The notes: a model not told the origin generated them from the letters alone. Positions 12,691 through 25,689 are shown, numbered from the stretch's first letter. The stretch: 64,000 bases of DNA from Leucoraja erinacea (GCF_028641065.1 NC_073420.1:1612001-1676000), one strand, 5' to 3'. A program made the numbers and translations.

Positions 12691-13139
12691 TATGTCCTTT
12701 TATTCTAAGGCTATGGCCTCTGATCCTAGACTCTCCCACTAGTGGAAACATCCTCTCCCTGCCACAGCCTCCCAGGACACAGGTCAGACACACGCATTAC
12801 TCCAGCTCTCTCTTCCCTGAACGTCACACGCTCCTGGGCTTGGACACACAGAATGCAGCTCTCTCTTCACTGTCCCAGGGCTCATGTACGTGCTCTGCCT
12901 CTGCTGAGTTAGCATGAAGCCAACAAAAGAAGGGATGCGGTCCAGAAACTGCGTGAAGGGGTTAAGTACGAGGCCTGTAGTGGCGTCAGCAGCAGCTGGG
13001 AGGTCTGCCTGAATGGGTCAGCTAATTCACAGTGCGATATTGTGTGCTCTGTCAGTGGAACAGAGAGCACAATGGTAGCAATGTGTTTCCTCATTAATGC
13101 TGCACGGAACGTTCCAGAATGTAGGGTACTGCTCCCGCT

Positions 13140-13790
13140 TCTCTCTCTTTTATCTCTCTCTTGCTACCTCCCTCTCTCCATCTCTCTCATCCTCTCTCCC
13201 TGCCTCCCCCTACCTCTCTCAGTCTCTCCCACCTCCCTTCTCCCCCTACCTCCTCCCCCCTCCCTCTCTCCCTTCCCTCCTCTTTCTCCTTCCCTTCATC
13301 TCTTTCCCCCTCTCTCCTTCCCTCCCCCTCCCCCTACCTCACTCTCCCCCCCCCCCTTTCTCTTTCTCCTGCACTATCCTTGCACCTCCCAGAATCTCTC
13401 TCACTCTTTTTCTTTCTCTCCCACTCTCTCTCCTATACCTACCTGTGTGAAGTTTGACACTTGCGGCATTACCAAATGTGAATGATAGCAGTTGACATAC
13501 TATGTGAGTGAGTGTGTGCGAATGAGTTTGTGCGTGTCTGTATCTGTGCGTGCCAGTGAGTTAAAGGGTGTTTGTGAGCGCAATTGAGGGTGTGGGTGTG
13601 TGTGAGAGTATGTGTGAGAGTTGAGGGTATGTGTGTGTGTATAAGTGTGTTGATATAAGTGTGAGAGTGCATGCATGTGTGCAAGTAAGGGGTGTGTGTG
13701 TGTGTGTGTAAGTGAGGGTGTGTGAGTGAGGGTGTGCATGTATGTGTGTAAGGGTGTGTGTTAGTGAGGGTGTGTGTGTGTGTGTGTTCT
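13140..13790. repeat. CT-rich then GT-rich low-complexity microsatellite block
   Basis: Visible (CT)n-like tract at 13140-13440 and (GT)n-like tract at 13500-13790. Confidence 0.9.
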
Positions 13791-14027
13791 ATGGTTTGTA
13801 GGTGAACCAGTTCTGATCAACATCACACTGAACCGCCCACACTCTCATACACACAAACAGGCAAGGCACATTTATTTCCTTTCTACACATCTCTATCCTT
13901 TTTTCTTCTTTTTAAAACACTCCTAGAGCAACCTCTTGAGTCGGGGCCAAGCAGTCTTTGATAATTCGGTAACTTGGCATCCAAATGCAAACTGCTGAAG
14001 CTGTTGAAAACTGATTTCCCCTTACTG

Positions 14028-14215
14028 TAGACAAAAGTGCTGGAGAGACTCAGCGGGTGCAGCAGCATCTATGGAGCGAAGGAAATAGGCAACGTTTCGG
14101 CCCGAAACGTTGCCAATTTCCTTTGCTCCATAGATGCTGTTGCACCCGCTGAGTTTCTCCAGCACTTTTGTCTACCTTCGATTTTCCAGCAACTGCAGTT
14201 CCTTCTTAAACACTT
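14028..14215. mobile_element. Near-perfect palindromic Penelope-tail mini-element
   Basis: Symmetric about GGCAACGTTTCGGCCCGAAACGTTGCC (about 14088-14114); TTTCCCCTTA flanks both sides. Confidence 0.65.
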
Positions 14216-15124
14216 TGTCTTTCCCCTTATGGTGTTCCCCGGACAGAGATGGCTGCACCAACGTTTATTGCCCATCCACAATTGCCCTCGGTCCAATGGA
14301 TCGTAAAACCTCCAAGGCAGTGAATGCCTCATTATTTTTTTTGGGGCACAATAGTGAACCGGACGGTTATTCTACGATAGTCCAGAGTTACTTGGTCACT
14401 GTTACCATGGTTGCTAACATCTTCACGGAGATTTATTTAATGGTACCTGTATATTTAAATTCTCCAGCAGAGTCGAGATTCGATCTTAATGACCGGACTG
14501 CCAGAGTTTAGTTTAGGGCACAGCTATAAAGTGATTGGGGGAAAGTTTAATGGAGATGTACGGGGCGAGTTTTTTTTAACGCTGAGATTGATGGGGACCT
14601 GAAACGCATTAGATGGGGCAACGTGGAAGGGATATAGTTAATGTACAGACAGATGGATCATGTACAGGCGGCACTTTGGCGCATGGGTAAACATAGAAAC
14701 ATAGAAAATAGGTGCAGGAGTAGGCCATTCGGCCCTTTGAGCCTGCACCACCATTCAATATGATCATGGCTGATCGTCCAACTCAGTATCCCACCCCTGC
14801 CTTCTCTCCATACCCCCTGATCCCTTTAGCCACAAGGGCCACATCTAACTCCCTCTTAAATATAGCCAATGAACTGGCCTCAACTACCTTCTGTGGCAGA
14901 GAATTCCACAGATTCGCCACTCTCTGTGTAAAAAACGATTTTCTCATCTCGGTCCTAAAAGACTTCCCTCTTATCCTTAAACTGTGTGACCACTTGTTCT
15001 GGACTTCCCCAACATTGGGAATAATCTTCCTGCATCTAGCCTGTCCAACCCCTTAAGAATTTTGTAGGTTTCTATAAGATCCCCCCTCAATCTTCTAAAT
15101 TCTAGCGTGTACAAACCGAGTCGG

Positions 15125-15400
15125 CCTTAGTTGCAGCCTTACTGCGCCAGAGACCCGGGTTCGATCCTGACTACGGCTGCTGTATGTACGGAGTTTGTAC
15201 GTTCTCCCCGTGACAGGCGTGGGTTTTCTCCAGGTGCTCCGGTTTCCTCCCACACTCCAAAGACGTACAGGTTGGTAGGTTAAATGGCTTCGGTAAAAAT
15301 TGTGCATTGCCCCTAATATGTAGCACAGTGCTAGTGTATGGGATGGTCGGTCGGCGTGCGTGGGCCGAGGGGCCTGTTTCTGTGCTGTATCTCCAAATTG
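15125..15400 (+). mobile_element. tRNA-derived V-SINE (HE1-like), representative copy; others at about 5520, 19180, 22640, 22955, 36040, 39370, 40505, 46490, 46900, 52860 and 53755
   Basis: B-box GGTTCGATCC, V-domain GGTTTCCTCCCACACTCCAAAGACGTACAGGTT, and CR1-derived tail GGGCCTGTTTC..GCTGTATCTC. Confidence 0.75.
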
Positions 15401-16545
15401 AAAACAAAACGAAACCTAGATGCGAATATAGACACAGAGTGCTCGAGTAACTCAGAGGGTCAGCAGCATCTCTGGAGAAAAAGGGTGACGTTTTGGGTCG
15501 GGTCCCTTCTATAGACCCCAAAAAACGAAATGAGAACAGTTTAACTTGGCATCACATGTTCATAAGACATAGGAGCAGAATTAAGCCATTCAGCCTATTA
15601 AGTCAACTCTGCCATTCGATCATGGCTGATCTATCTCTCTTCAGATTCCCTTTCAACCCCCTTCTCCTCAAAACCCCGACACCCATACTAATCAAGAACC
15701 CGTCAGTCTCCGCTTTAAAAATACCTAATGACTTGGCCTCCACTGCCGTCTGTGGTAATGAATTCCACATTCACCCACCCTCGGGTTTGGCACGAACATT
15801 CTGGGCCGAAGGGCCTCTTCCTGTGCTGTACGACGGCTCATTTCAATCTTCTCCCCTCCCCATGACAGAATCAAAAGTGGCGCCGTGGAAGAAAAACAGA
15901 AAACCTTTTTTAAATTTTAGCTTTAATCAATTAATAAACTCTGGACCATCAAATACAATTTAAAAAAATGATTGCATTTGGTGCTTAGTTTGGGGGGTGG
16001 GGAAGGGGGGGGGGGAATGGTGAGGTGGTGGGTAGGGGTTGGTGGGGAGGGGGGGGGGGCGGGGAGGCTGTGGGGAGGTGTGGGAGAGAAGCAGCAGCTT
16101 CCCGTTTTGGGGGAAAGGAGTGGGGGTGGGAATCTGGTTTGGGAGAGGGAACGGGGGGGGGGGGGGGGAGACTGAGGAAGGCAGTTTCCAATTTGGGGGG
16201 GGGGAGGTGGCGTTGGATGGGGTTTGAGAGATGTAGCTACATTTTAGGGGGAGGGTTGGTACAGAAGGGGCAGATAGAGGTGAGGATGGAGGGGGGAAGA
16301 GTCTGAGGGGGGTGGCTCCAGGTTAGGGGGGGAATGGAGGGAGGCACCTTTGAATTTGGGTGGAGGGGGGGGCAGAAAGTGAGGGGGGGGGGGAAATCTG
16401 AGGGGTACAGCTTCCAGTTTGGGTGGGGGGAGAAGGGGGTTAGGGATGGAGAGGGGGAGAGATTGTGGGAGATAGCTTCCAGTTTGGAAGGGAGGATTTT
16501 GGGGTTGGAGTGAGAGGGGGTAGACTGAGGGCAGCAGTTTCCGCC

Positions 16546-16992
16546 TCATAAGTTCTTCCCGGGAAACTCCGACCACTCCGAGGCCTTCTCCTCGGAGTCG
16601 GGCTCTCCGGTGGTGTCCAGCTCAAAGTGTGGCGGGACCCTCTTGCGACTGGACGTGTTGTAGCGTTCGATGAACTCGACCCTGCCGTCCGTGTGCACGA
16701 TCTCCTTGAAGGTGGGCCGGTTGACCGCGTTGTACAGCTGCTCCTTGATCTTCCTGGCCAGCTCCAGGCTGCACTTGCGGGTGGGCCGGGAGGCGGTGTT
16801 GGTCAGGGCCTTGCCCACCACCGCGCTGAACACCATCTTGTACTCCTCCGGGGTGAGCCTGTGGATCTTCAGGGGCTGCTCCCCGAAGCCCTCGCACTTC
16901 CGCGGGATCCTGGTGTCTGAGCTACTCCTGCTCAGTCCATCAGCCTGCTCGCTACTAGGACCCGAGCTATTCCAGGCCAGGATTTCCTTCTC
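16546..16992 (-). CDS. C22orf31/DUF4662-like protein, last coding exon
   Basis: Phase-0 acceptor CCCATTGTTTCCTACGTGAAG|GAG. LKIHRLTPEEYKMVFSAVV..RKCSLELARKIKEQLYNAV resembles the C22orf31 block LTIHGL..YQALYHAVV..YSLELGKAIKQKLWEAL (from memory). GC-rich third codon positions; TGA at 16548-16546; ATTAAA on the minus strand at 15927-15922. Confidence 0.75.
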   Translation of the reverse strand, partial: EKEILAWNSSGPSSEQADGLSRSSSDTRIPRKCEGFGEQPLKIHRLTPEEYKMVFSAVVGKALTNTASRPTRKCSLELARKIKEQLYNAVNRPTFKEIVHTDGRVEFIERYNTSSRKRVPPHFELDTTGEPDSEEKASEWSEFPGKNL

Positions 16993-17454
16993 CTTCACGT
17001 AGGAAACAATGGGAGGTTTTAATATGGAGGAAGGAACTGCAGGTGCTGGTTTACACTGCAGGTAATCACATTTCACTGTGCCATCTGGCACATATGACAA
17101 ATAAATGTATCTTGTATCTTGTAGATAAGACACAAATTCTGGAGTAACACACTGGGACAGACAGCATCACCAGACAGAAAGAATGAATAACCTTTTGGCT
17201 CGAGACCCTTCCTGCTTTGATCAGTCGTGTTCACACCTTACCCTTCAATTGATCAATTTCTCTCCTGGGATAAATAAATAAAGTTCTATCATATTGTGTA
17301 GCTTTATCTTCCATCTCCCCTGACTCTCAGACTGAGGAAGGGTCTCGGCCCCAACTGGCACCGTTCTCCTTCTCTCCAGAGATGCTGCCTGTCCTGCTGA
17401 GTTAGTCAGGCACTTTGTGTCTATCTAGGAGGTTTTAATTGTTTCTTTCCAATG

Positions 17455-18312
17455 CTAAATAGACAATAGGTGCAGGAGTAGAGGCCATTCGGCCCTTCAA
17501 GCCAGCACCGTCATTCAATGTGATCATGGCTGATCATCCCCAATCAGTACCCCGTTCCTGCCTTTTCCCAATATCCCCTGACTCTTTAAGATCCCTATCC
17601 AGCTCTCTCTTGCAAGCATCCAGAGAACCTGCCTCCACCGCCCGCTGAGGCAGAGAATTCCACACACTCACAACTCTCTGTGAGAAAAACTGTTTCCTCG
17701 TCTCCATTCTAAATGGCTTACCCCTTATTCTTAAACTGTGGCCCCTGGTTCTAGACTCCCCCAACATCGGGAACATGTTTCCTGCCTCTAGCATGTCCAA
17801 ACCCTTAATAATCTTATATGTTTCAATAAGATTCCCTCTCCTCCTTCTAAACTCCAGAGTGTACAAGCCCAGCCGCTCCATTCTCTCCGCATATGACAGT
17901 CCCGCCATCCCGAGAATTAACCTTGTAAACCTACGCTGCTCTCCCCTCAATAGCGAGAATGTCCTTCCTCAAATTAGGGGACCAAAACTGCACACAATAC
18001 TCCAGGTCTGTTCTCATTAGGGCTCTGTACGACTGCAGAAGGACCTCTTTGCTCCTATATTCGATTCCTCTTGTTATAAAGGCCAACATGCCATTCGCAT
18101 TCTTCACTGCCTGCTGTAGCTGTATGCTTACTTTCATAGACTGGTGTACAAGATCCCGTTGTACTTCCCCTTTTCCCAACTTGGCGCCATTTAGATAGTA
18201 ATCTGCCGTCCTGTTTTTGCTACCAAAGTGGATAGCCTCACATATATCCGCATTAAACTCCATCTGCCATGCTTCTGCCCACTCCCCCAACCTGTCCAAG
18301 TCACCCTGCAGA
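17455..18312 (-). mobile_element. CR1-type LINE (HER1-like) 3' fragment
   Basis: RT C-terminal [35 protein letters not shown] and the conserved GGCTCGAAGGGCCGAATGGCCT-type tail. Confidence 0.9.
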
Positions 18313-18382
18313 AGGGGGAGGGGGGGGGTAAGGGGGGAACGCGGCTCCGCGGGACGGGGTGAGGAGGGGGCGATGTACTGAC

Positions 18383-18895
18383 CTTGCGTTGCCGTGACGA
18401 CTGAAGGTGCTCGGGCCCCTCGGCCTCTGTCTCTCTCTTGCCCACCGCCTGCCCTGCGACCTGTTGGATGCCCACCACCAGGTCCACCGCCTCGTCCACC
18501 TCGATCCTGGCCTGGGCCCGGGCGCGGGTCCTCTGGCGGGTGGAGCGCAGGGCGGCCGCCCCACAGCTCCAGCGGTGGGTGCTGAGCAGGCGTCGGGCAG
18601 AGCCGGTCCCTCTCACCCCCCCACCTCCCGCCCGCTTGGTCGCCCGGCGGCTGCAGTAGTTGTGCTCGATGGTGATGATGTCGGGCGCCGGGTAGTCGCC
18701 CGCCATCTGGGGCCGGGTCACGGGCAGAGGGTGGTCGCAGGGCTGACCCGTCAGCAGGCAGGTGGCGTGCCCGGCCTGCATCTGGCCGTGGTGGAAGAGG
18801 CCGGGGCTCGGGCACAGTAGGCTGGCTGGCGGCTCACTCGCCGCGTGCTGGAAACCCTCATGGACACCTAGGGAGCCGATGGATTCGGAAATCAT
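18383..18895 (-). CDS. C22orf31/DUF4662-like protein, upstream coding exon
   Basis: Acceptor TTTTCTTCCAG| at 18911, AAGATG start at 18895, open 171 codons, donor AAG|GTCAGT in phase 0 matching the next exon. Total about 319 aa. Confidence 0.7.
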
Positions 18896-20369
18896 CTTGG
18901 TCCCAAATACCTGGAAGAAAAATCGCACCTGCGTAAGTCCAAACACCTCTCAGTGCTAGAGACCCTGGTTCAATTCAGATTCAGATTCAATTTTAATTGT
19001 CATTGTCAGTGTACAGTACAGAGACAACAAAATGCATTTAGCATCTCCCTTGAAGAGCGACATAGCAAACGATTTGAATAAAAAATAATAAGTGTCCGGT
19101 GATTGGCAGTCACTGAGGTACGTTGTTGAGTATGTCCTGACCGTGTGTGTGTATCTCTGTCTGTCTTTCTGGCTGTGTGTTTGCACGTTTTCCCTGTGAC
19201 TGCGTGACTGCCTGTGACTGCGTGGGTTTCCTCCGGATGCTCCGGTTTCCTCCCACGTCCCAAAGACGTGCGGGTTTGTAGGTCAATTGGCCCTCTGTAA
19301 AATCACCCCTTGTGTGTGGGAAGCTGATGAGAAAGTGGGAAAATACGGAAACATATAAAAATTCTTAAGGGATTGGACAGGCTGGATGCAGGAAAAATGT
19401 TCTGCATGGTGGGGGAGTCCAGAACCAGGGGTCACAGTTTAAGAATAAGGGGTAGGTAGGCCATTTAGGACTGATATGAGGAAAAACTTTTTCAGCCAGA
19501 GATTTGTTAATCTGTGCAATTCTCTGCCACAGAAGGCAGTAGAGGCCAATTCACTGGATGTTTTCAAGAGAGAGTTGGATATAGCTCTTAGGGCTAAAGG
19601 AATCAAGGGATATGGGGAGAAATCAGGAACAGGCTACTGATTGTGGATGATCAGCCATGATCATGTTGAATGGTGGTGCTGGCTCGAAGGGCCAAATGGC
19701 CTACTCCTGCACCTATTTTCTATGTTTCTAACTAGTGTGAACGGGTGACCGATGGTCAGCGTGGACTCTTTGGGCTGAAGGGCCTGTTTCCATGCTCTAA
19801 ATCTCTAAATCAAACTCTGTGGTGACCAGGGCTCACAGGCAAACAGTTCCAAAAATAGATGGCGTATTGACTGCTATTAACTACTAGAAGAGGTCGACGA
19901 TCCCGAGAGATAGGAGAGCATTATAAATAAAAAAGTGCTGGAGTAACTCAGCGGGTCAGGCAGCATGTCTGGAGAATGTGGGCAGGTGACGTTTCGAGTC
20001 GGGACCCTTCTTCAGACTCTGAAGAAAGATCCCGACCTGAAACGTCACCTAGTTTCATTTTGTTCATCATTGTCATGTGTACCGAGGTACGGTGATACGC
20101 TTTGTTATTGCATCCTATCCAGTCAACGAAAAGACTATACATGATTACAATCAATCCATCGAGTTTGCAGATACAGGATAAAGGGAATAACGTTTAGTGC
20201 AGGGTAAAGTCCGATTAAAGAGCCTGAGAGTCTCCAATGAGGTAGATGGTAGGTCAGGGCTGCTCTCTAGTCGATGAGAGGACTGTTCAGTGGCCTGATG
20301 ACAGCTGGGAAGAAACTGTCCCTGAATCTGGAGGTGTGCATTCTCAAACTTCTGTACGTCTTGCCTGAT

Positions 20370-20815
20370 TCAGATTCAGATTCAGATTCAGATTCAACTT
20401 TAATTGTCATTGTCAGTGTACAGTACAGAGACAACGAAATGCAGTTAGCATCTCCATGGAAGAGCAACATAGAATATGAATAAATAAATCTATCTACATG
20501 CAGACAGTCATAGTGTTTTTTCCTGTGGGAGGAGTGTCCAGGTGGGGGGGGGGGGGGGTGATTGGCAGTCACTGAGGTACAGTGTTAAGTAGTGTAACAG
20601 CCGCAGGGAAGAAGCTGTTCCTGGACCTGCTGTTCCGGCAACGGAGAGACCTGTAGCGCCTCTCGGATGGTAGGAGGGTAAACAGTCCATGGTTGGGGTG
20701 AGAGCATTCCTTGACGATGCTGAGCGCCCTTCGCAGACAACGCTTGCTTTGGACAGACTCAATGGAGGGGAGCGAGGAACCGGTGATGCGTTGGGCAATT
20801 TTCACCACCTCTGCA
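20370..20815 (-). mobile_element. Rex1/Babar-type LINE 3' fragment with (GAATCT)n tail
   Basis: VVKIAQRITGSSLPSIE..SHPNHGLFTLLPS..RNSFFPAAVTLLN. Confidence 0.8.
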
Positions 20816-23800
20816 GTGGGAGAGGGGAAGAGTGACCGAGGTGAGACTGGTCCTTGTTTATTACCCATCCACGTTCTGCCAAGATGCTCCCTAACCTGCT
20901 GCGTTACTCCAGCACTCTGTGTCATTTTATGTAAACCAGCATCTGCAGTTCTTCGTTTCCATATTCCCGAGTTGTGTCTTGTAGATGGTGGAGAGATTTT
21001 AGGGTATAGAGAAGTGTGTAATCAGCCACAAATTGGGTGTAATCAGCCTAAACCCAGTGTTTAGGAAGGAACTGCAGTTGCTGGTTTATACCGAAGATAG
21101 ACACAAAATGCTGGAGTAACTCAGCGGGTTAGGCAGCGTCTCTGGAGAAAAAGGATGGGTGCGTTACGGGTCGGAAGCTTTCTTCAAATTTCAGACAGTC
21201 TGAAGAAGGGTTCCGACCTGAAATGTCACCCATCCTTTTCCTCCAGAGATGTTGCTTAACCTGCTGAGTTACTCCAGCAGTTTGTGTCTGTCACAGAATA
21301 CCCAGTGCCTGACTTGTAACTGGTATAGTGCATTTTCTGGACTGTTTAATTGTCGAAGGTAGACACAAATTGCTGTAGTAACTCAGAGGGACAGGCAGCA
21401 TCTCTGGAGAGAAGGAATAGGTGACGTTTTGGGTCGAGACCCTTCTTCAGACTGATCGTAATTGTCTGAGTATTTAATTGTCGGATGCACCAACTACCGA
21501 ACAATGAAATTCCTACTTGAGGCAGGTACACAAAAATGCTGGAGAAACTCAGCGGGTGCAGCAGCATCTATGGAGCGAAGGAAATAGGCAATGTTTCGGG
21601 CCGAAACCCTTCTTCAGGCAGCTTAACACACCTGTAAGCACAATGCTCACAGATAACATAATCAATAAAAAACATTTTTAAGGCAGAGATGGATAGATTC
21701 TTGATCAGTACGGGTGTCGGGGGTTATGAGAAAGCAGGAGAATGGGGTTAGGAGGGAGAGATAGATCAGTCATGATTGAAAGGCTGAGTAGACTTGATGG
21801 GCCGAGTGGCCTAATACTACTCCTATCACATGACTTTATGACCTAATTCCATAGATTAAAAACTCCAATATTTGGTGTTAAAAACTGAAACTCTTCAGTG
21901 CAACCAAAACAGTTCATAGTTGAGGTTAGTGTTATGTAGTATTCAAGAGCCTGATGGCTGTTTGGAAGAAGCTGGAATTCATTGCCGCAGATGGGTGTGG
22001 AGGCCAAGTCAATAGGTATTTTTATGGTGGAGATTGACAAATTCGAGGCGAAGGCAGGAGAATGGGGTTGTGCGGGACAGATAGATCAGCCAGGATTGAA
22101 TGGCGGAGTTGACTTGATCGGCCGAATGGCCTAATTCTGCTCCTATAACTTATGAACTTATGTAGCTGTTCTTGAACCTGGACATCACATCCTAAACATT
22201 CTTCCCAATAGATGTTATGAATGAAATGAGAGGGTGGCCAGGGTGGTGTGGGTCCTTGATGATGCTGGCTGCTTTTTTGAGGCAGTGCCTCCTATAGATC
22301 CCTTCGATGGTGGGGAGGTTAGTACCTATGATGGACCGGGCACTGTTCACCACTTCTTATACGCTTCCCCATTCCTGGGTGTTCGAGTTGCCGAGCCAGT
22401 GATGCAACCAGTCAAAATACTCTTTACCGTATAACGTTACCCACTCGTAATCTTACGCCAATCAACGCACTCTCCCTCCTCTTCCCAATTTATTTGCATG
22501 GTTTTCCAACTCCTGTCGGCTGGGGTTGTCTCCTCGTAGAGAGCTGCCTGGTACCTCTCTCTTTGGGAGCAATTCAGCCAGGGAAGGGTTTGTATACTGT
22601 CCTCTCCCACACTGGACAAAAGGACCAAACTTTGGGTGGCGCAGTGGCACAGCTGGTAGAGTTCCTATTTCGCGGTGCCAGGGTCCCAGGTTCAACCCTG
22701 ACCTCAGGTGCCGTCTGTGTGGAGTTTCTCCGTTCTCCCTGAGGTTCATTCCGGTTCCCTCCCACACGTTTCTGTGCGTGTTTGCAGGACATTTGGCCCT
22801 CTGTAAATTGCTCTCTGGTGTGTAGGGTGTGGATTAGAAAGCGCGATAACGATAACACTAGGGGTGATCGGTGTCCAGCATGGACTAAGTGGGCTAAAGG
22901 TCCTGTTTCCACGCTGCCTTTTTAACAATCGCAACACCCCAGCTCACACACATAGTGGCACGGTGGCATAATGGTATAGCTATTGCCTTACAGCGCCAGA
23001 GACCCGGGCTCAATCCTGACTACGGAGGCTGTTTGTACGGAATTTGTACGTTCTTCCCGTGACCTGCGTGGGTTTTCTCCAAGATCATCAGTTTCCTCCC
23101 ACACTCCAAAGACGTACAGGTTTGTAAGCTAATTGGCTTGGTATAAATGTAAATTGCCCCAAGTGTTAATGTGCGGAAAATCGCAGACGTGGTTTCCACG
23201 CTATATCTCTAAACTAAACTTTAACCTCGGAAACCGAGGCCAATTATATTCACAAACAGCCACTCATTTCTACCATTAAACAAACGTGAAACAAACTGAC
23301 GTGTGGACAACTGATGAATTGGCTCGGAACTCCATCAGTTGGGCAGTGCATATTCCAACCTCTCCTTTTCAAATCCAATTAATTTTATTACTGTTTACCT
23401 CCTGGCCAAAGCAACAGCTAACTCAGGTTACAGACACTAATTCAAGAAAAAAAAACAAGAATAACTCTCTCACTGCCACCAGAACTTCAAATATTGTGAA
23501 TTAACCCTAACATCGCAGCATCGACTAAATCTCCACCACTCCCTTACTTTCCCCTTCAGCGCAAACAAGGATAGGAATGAAAGCCTTTTTTTTACCATTG
23601 TCTGTTGTTAAGAGCGATGGGTACAAAGCTTCCTCCCTCCTTATGTCAAGGAGGGTCTGCTTTGCTCGCGGCTTCCCCACCCCCCCTATTTTGTGTTGTT
23701 TTTTACAAACAGCATGTGCTTTTGTTGCCCTGTGTATATTCAAACATTCTCGGGTACCTTGAGCGTCGATGGAAACCATTGTGTGACATCACCCACTAAT

Positions 23801-25379
23801 ATTCCAGCTCGCCTTGACAAGAACCAGAGTGGTGAAGATAGACACAAAGTGCTGGAGTAACTCAGCGGGTCAGGCAGCATCTCTGGGGAAAAAGGATGGG
23901 TGACATTTCGGGTCGGGATCCTTTTTCGGACTAAGAATGGCGGAGTAGACTTGATGGCCCACCTGCCCATATTAGTTCCATATCCCTCCAAACCTGTCCT
24001 ATCCATATACCTGTCTAACTGTTTCTTAAATGTTGGGGTAGGCCCAGCTTCAACTACCTCCTCTGGCAGCTTGTTCCATACACCAATCACCCTTTGTGTG
24101 AAAATGTTACCCATCAGACTCCAATTAAACCTTTCCCACTTCACCCTAAACCTATGTCCTCTGGTCCTCTATTCACCTAGGCAAGAGACTCTTGATCTCT
24201 TAATTTCATACACCTCTAAAAGATCACCCCACATCCTCCTGCACTCCAAGGAATAGAGTCACATCCCACTCAACCTCTCCCTATAGCTCAGACCTTCACG
24301 TCCTGGCAACATCTTCATAAATTGTACTCTTTCCAGCTTGATAACATCTTTCCTAATAACACGGTACCCAGAACTGAATGCAGTACTCTAAATGTGGCCT
24401 CACCAACGTCTTATACAACTGCAACATGACCTCCCAACTTCTATACCTCAATACTGTGACTGATGTAGGTTATCTTGAAGGGGACTCCAGACTGTCAAAG
24501 CCGCCACACCCAGAAAAAAAAGCTTACCCCCATGAGCTCTACTCAACAGCCAAAAGTCTGTAGCCTCCTTTTGCTCTGGCATTTTATTTCATTCTTCACA
24601 TGGTTAAATTATAATGTTTTATTTTTAATTGTCTATTGTATATCGTGTTATTACTTGCGAGCAAAGCACCAAGGCAAATTCCTTGTATGTATACATACTT
24701 GGCTAATAACATTTATTCAATTTCAATCTTAATTTAATTGTTAGTGTAAACATAGAAACATAGAAATTAGGTGCAGGAGTAGGCCATTCGGCCCTTCGAG
24801 CCTGCACCGCCATTTAATATGATCATGGCTGATCATCCAACTCAGTATCCCGTACCTGCCTTCTCTCCATACCCTCTGATCCCCTTGGCCACAAGGGCCA
24901 CATCTAACTCCCTCTTAAATATAGCCAATTGGCCTCAACTACCCTCTTGGCAGAGAGTTCCAGAGATTCACCACTCTCTGTGTGAAAAATGTTACCCCTC
25001 AGGCTCCAATTAAACCTTTCCCAAGGTTTCCCAAGCTTTCCCAAGGTGTACGCTAGTGATCGCTGGTGGGCGTGAACTCGGTGAGCTGAAGGGCATGTTT
25101 CCTTGTTGTACTCTTCGCGAAAATGTACTAGATCAGCCAGGATCGAATGGCGGAGTGGACTCGAGGGGCCGAATGGCCTAATTCTGCTCCTTAGTCTTAT
25201 GGTGACACCTGGAATGGGGTTAGGAAGGAGAGATAGATAGATAGATCAGCCGTGATTGAATGGCGGAATAGACTTGAGGGGCCGAATGGCCTAATTCTAC
25301 TCCTATCACTTGTGACCTTGTACCCACTGACCCCCCCCCACCCCTCCTTTACTGGCTGATTGACACATCTGTTGCCCTG

Positions 25380-25675
25380 GAGGTGGACGGGGGCGGTGAC
25401 AGATGGAGGAGCCCCGCCCACCTCAACTGGTCTTTGGCACCGCCCACTCCCAGTGATTGACGGCCAAGACCCGCCCACTCCCGGCGAACGACATCCCAGC
25501 GAACGGCGCCATGCGCCCCGCCCACTCCCAGTGATTGACGGCCAAGACCCACCCACGCCCAACGACCGACATCATACGCCCCGCCTACTACCAATGATTG
25601 ACGGACAGGACCCGCCCATTCCCAGCAGCAACGTCATCCACCCCGCCCACACCCGATGATCGACGTCACACGCCT
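25380..25675. promoter_or_regulatory. CpG-rich promoter-like array, left half (GC boxes, CCAAT-like and CRE-like motifs)
   Basis: Repeated CCGCCCACTCCCAGTGATTGACGGCCAAGACCC; CCAAT at about 25591; ACGTCA at about 25631 and 25663. Confidence 0.6.
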
Positions 25676-25689
25676 TGACCATTATATTA

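Noticed and set aside
16993-17133. N-terminal part of the 195-aa ORF
   Set aside because: Intronic. It runs into a repeat insertion flanked by GGAGGTTTTAAT duplications (about 17012 and 17428); the exon starts at 16992.
22955-23030. tRNA-like A and B boxes (also near 15145 and 53760)
   Set aside because: They are heads of V-SINEs, followed by the V-domain and LINE tail, not tRNA genes.
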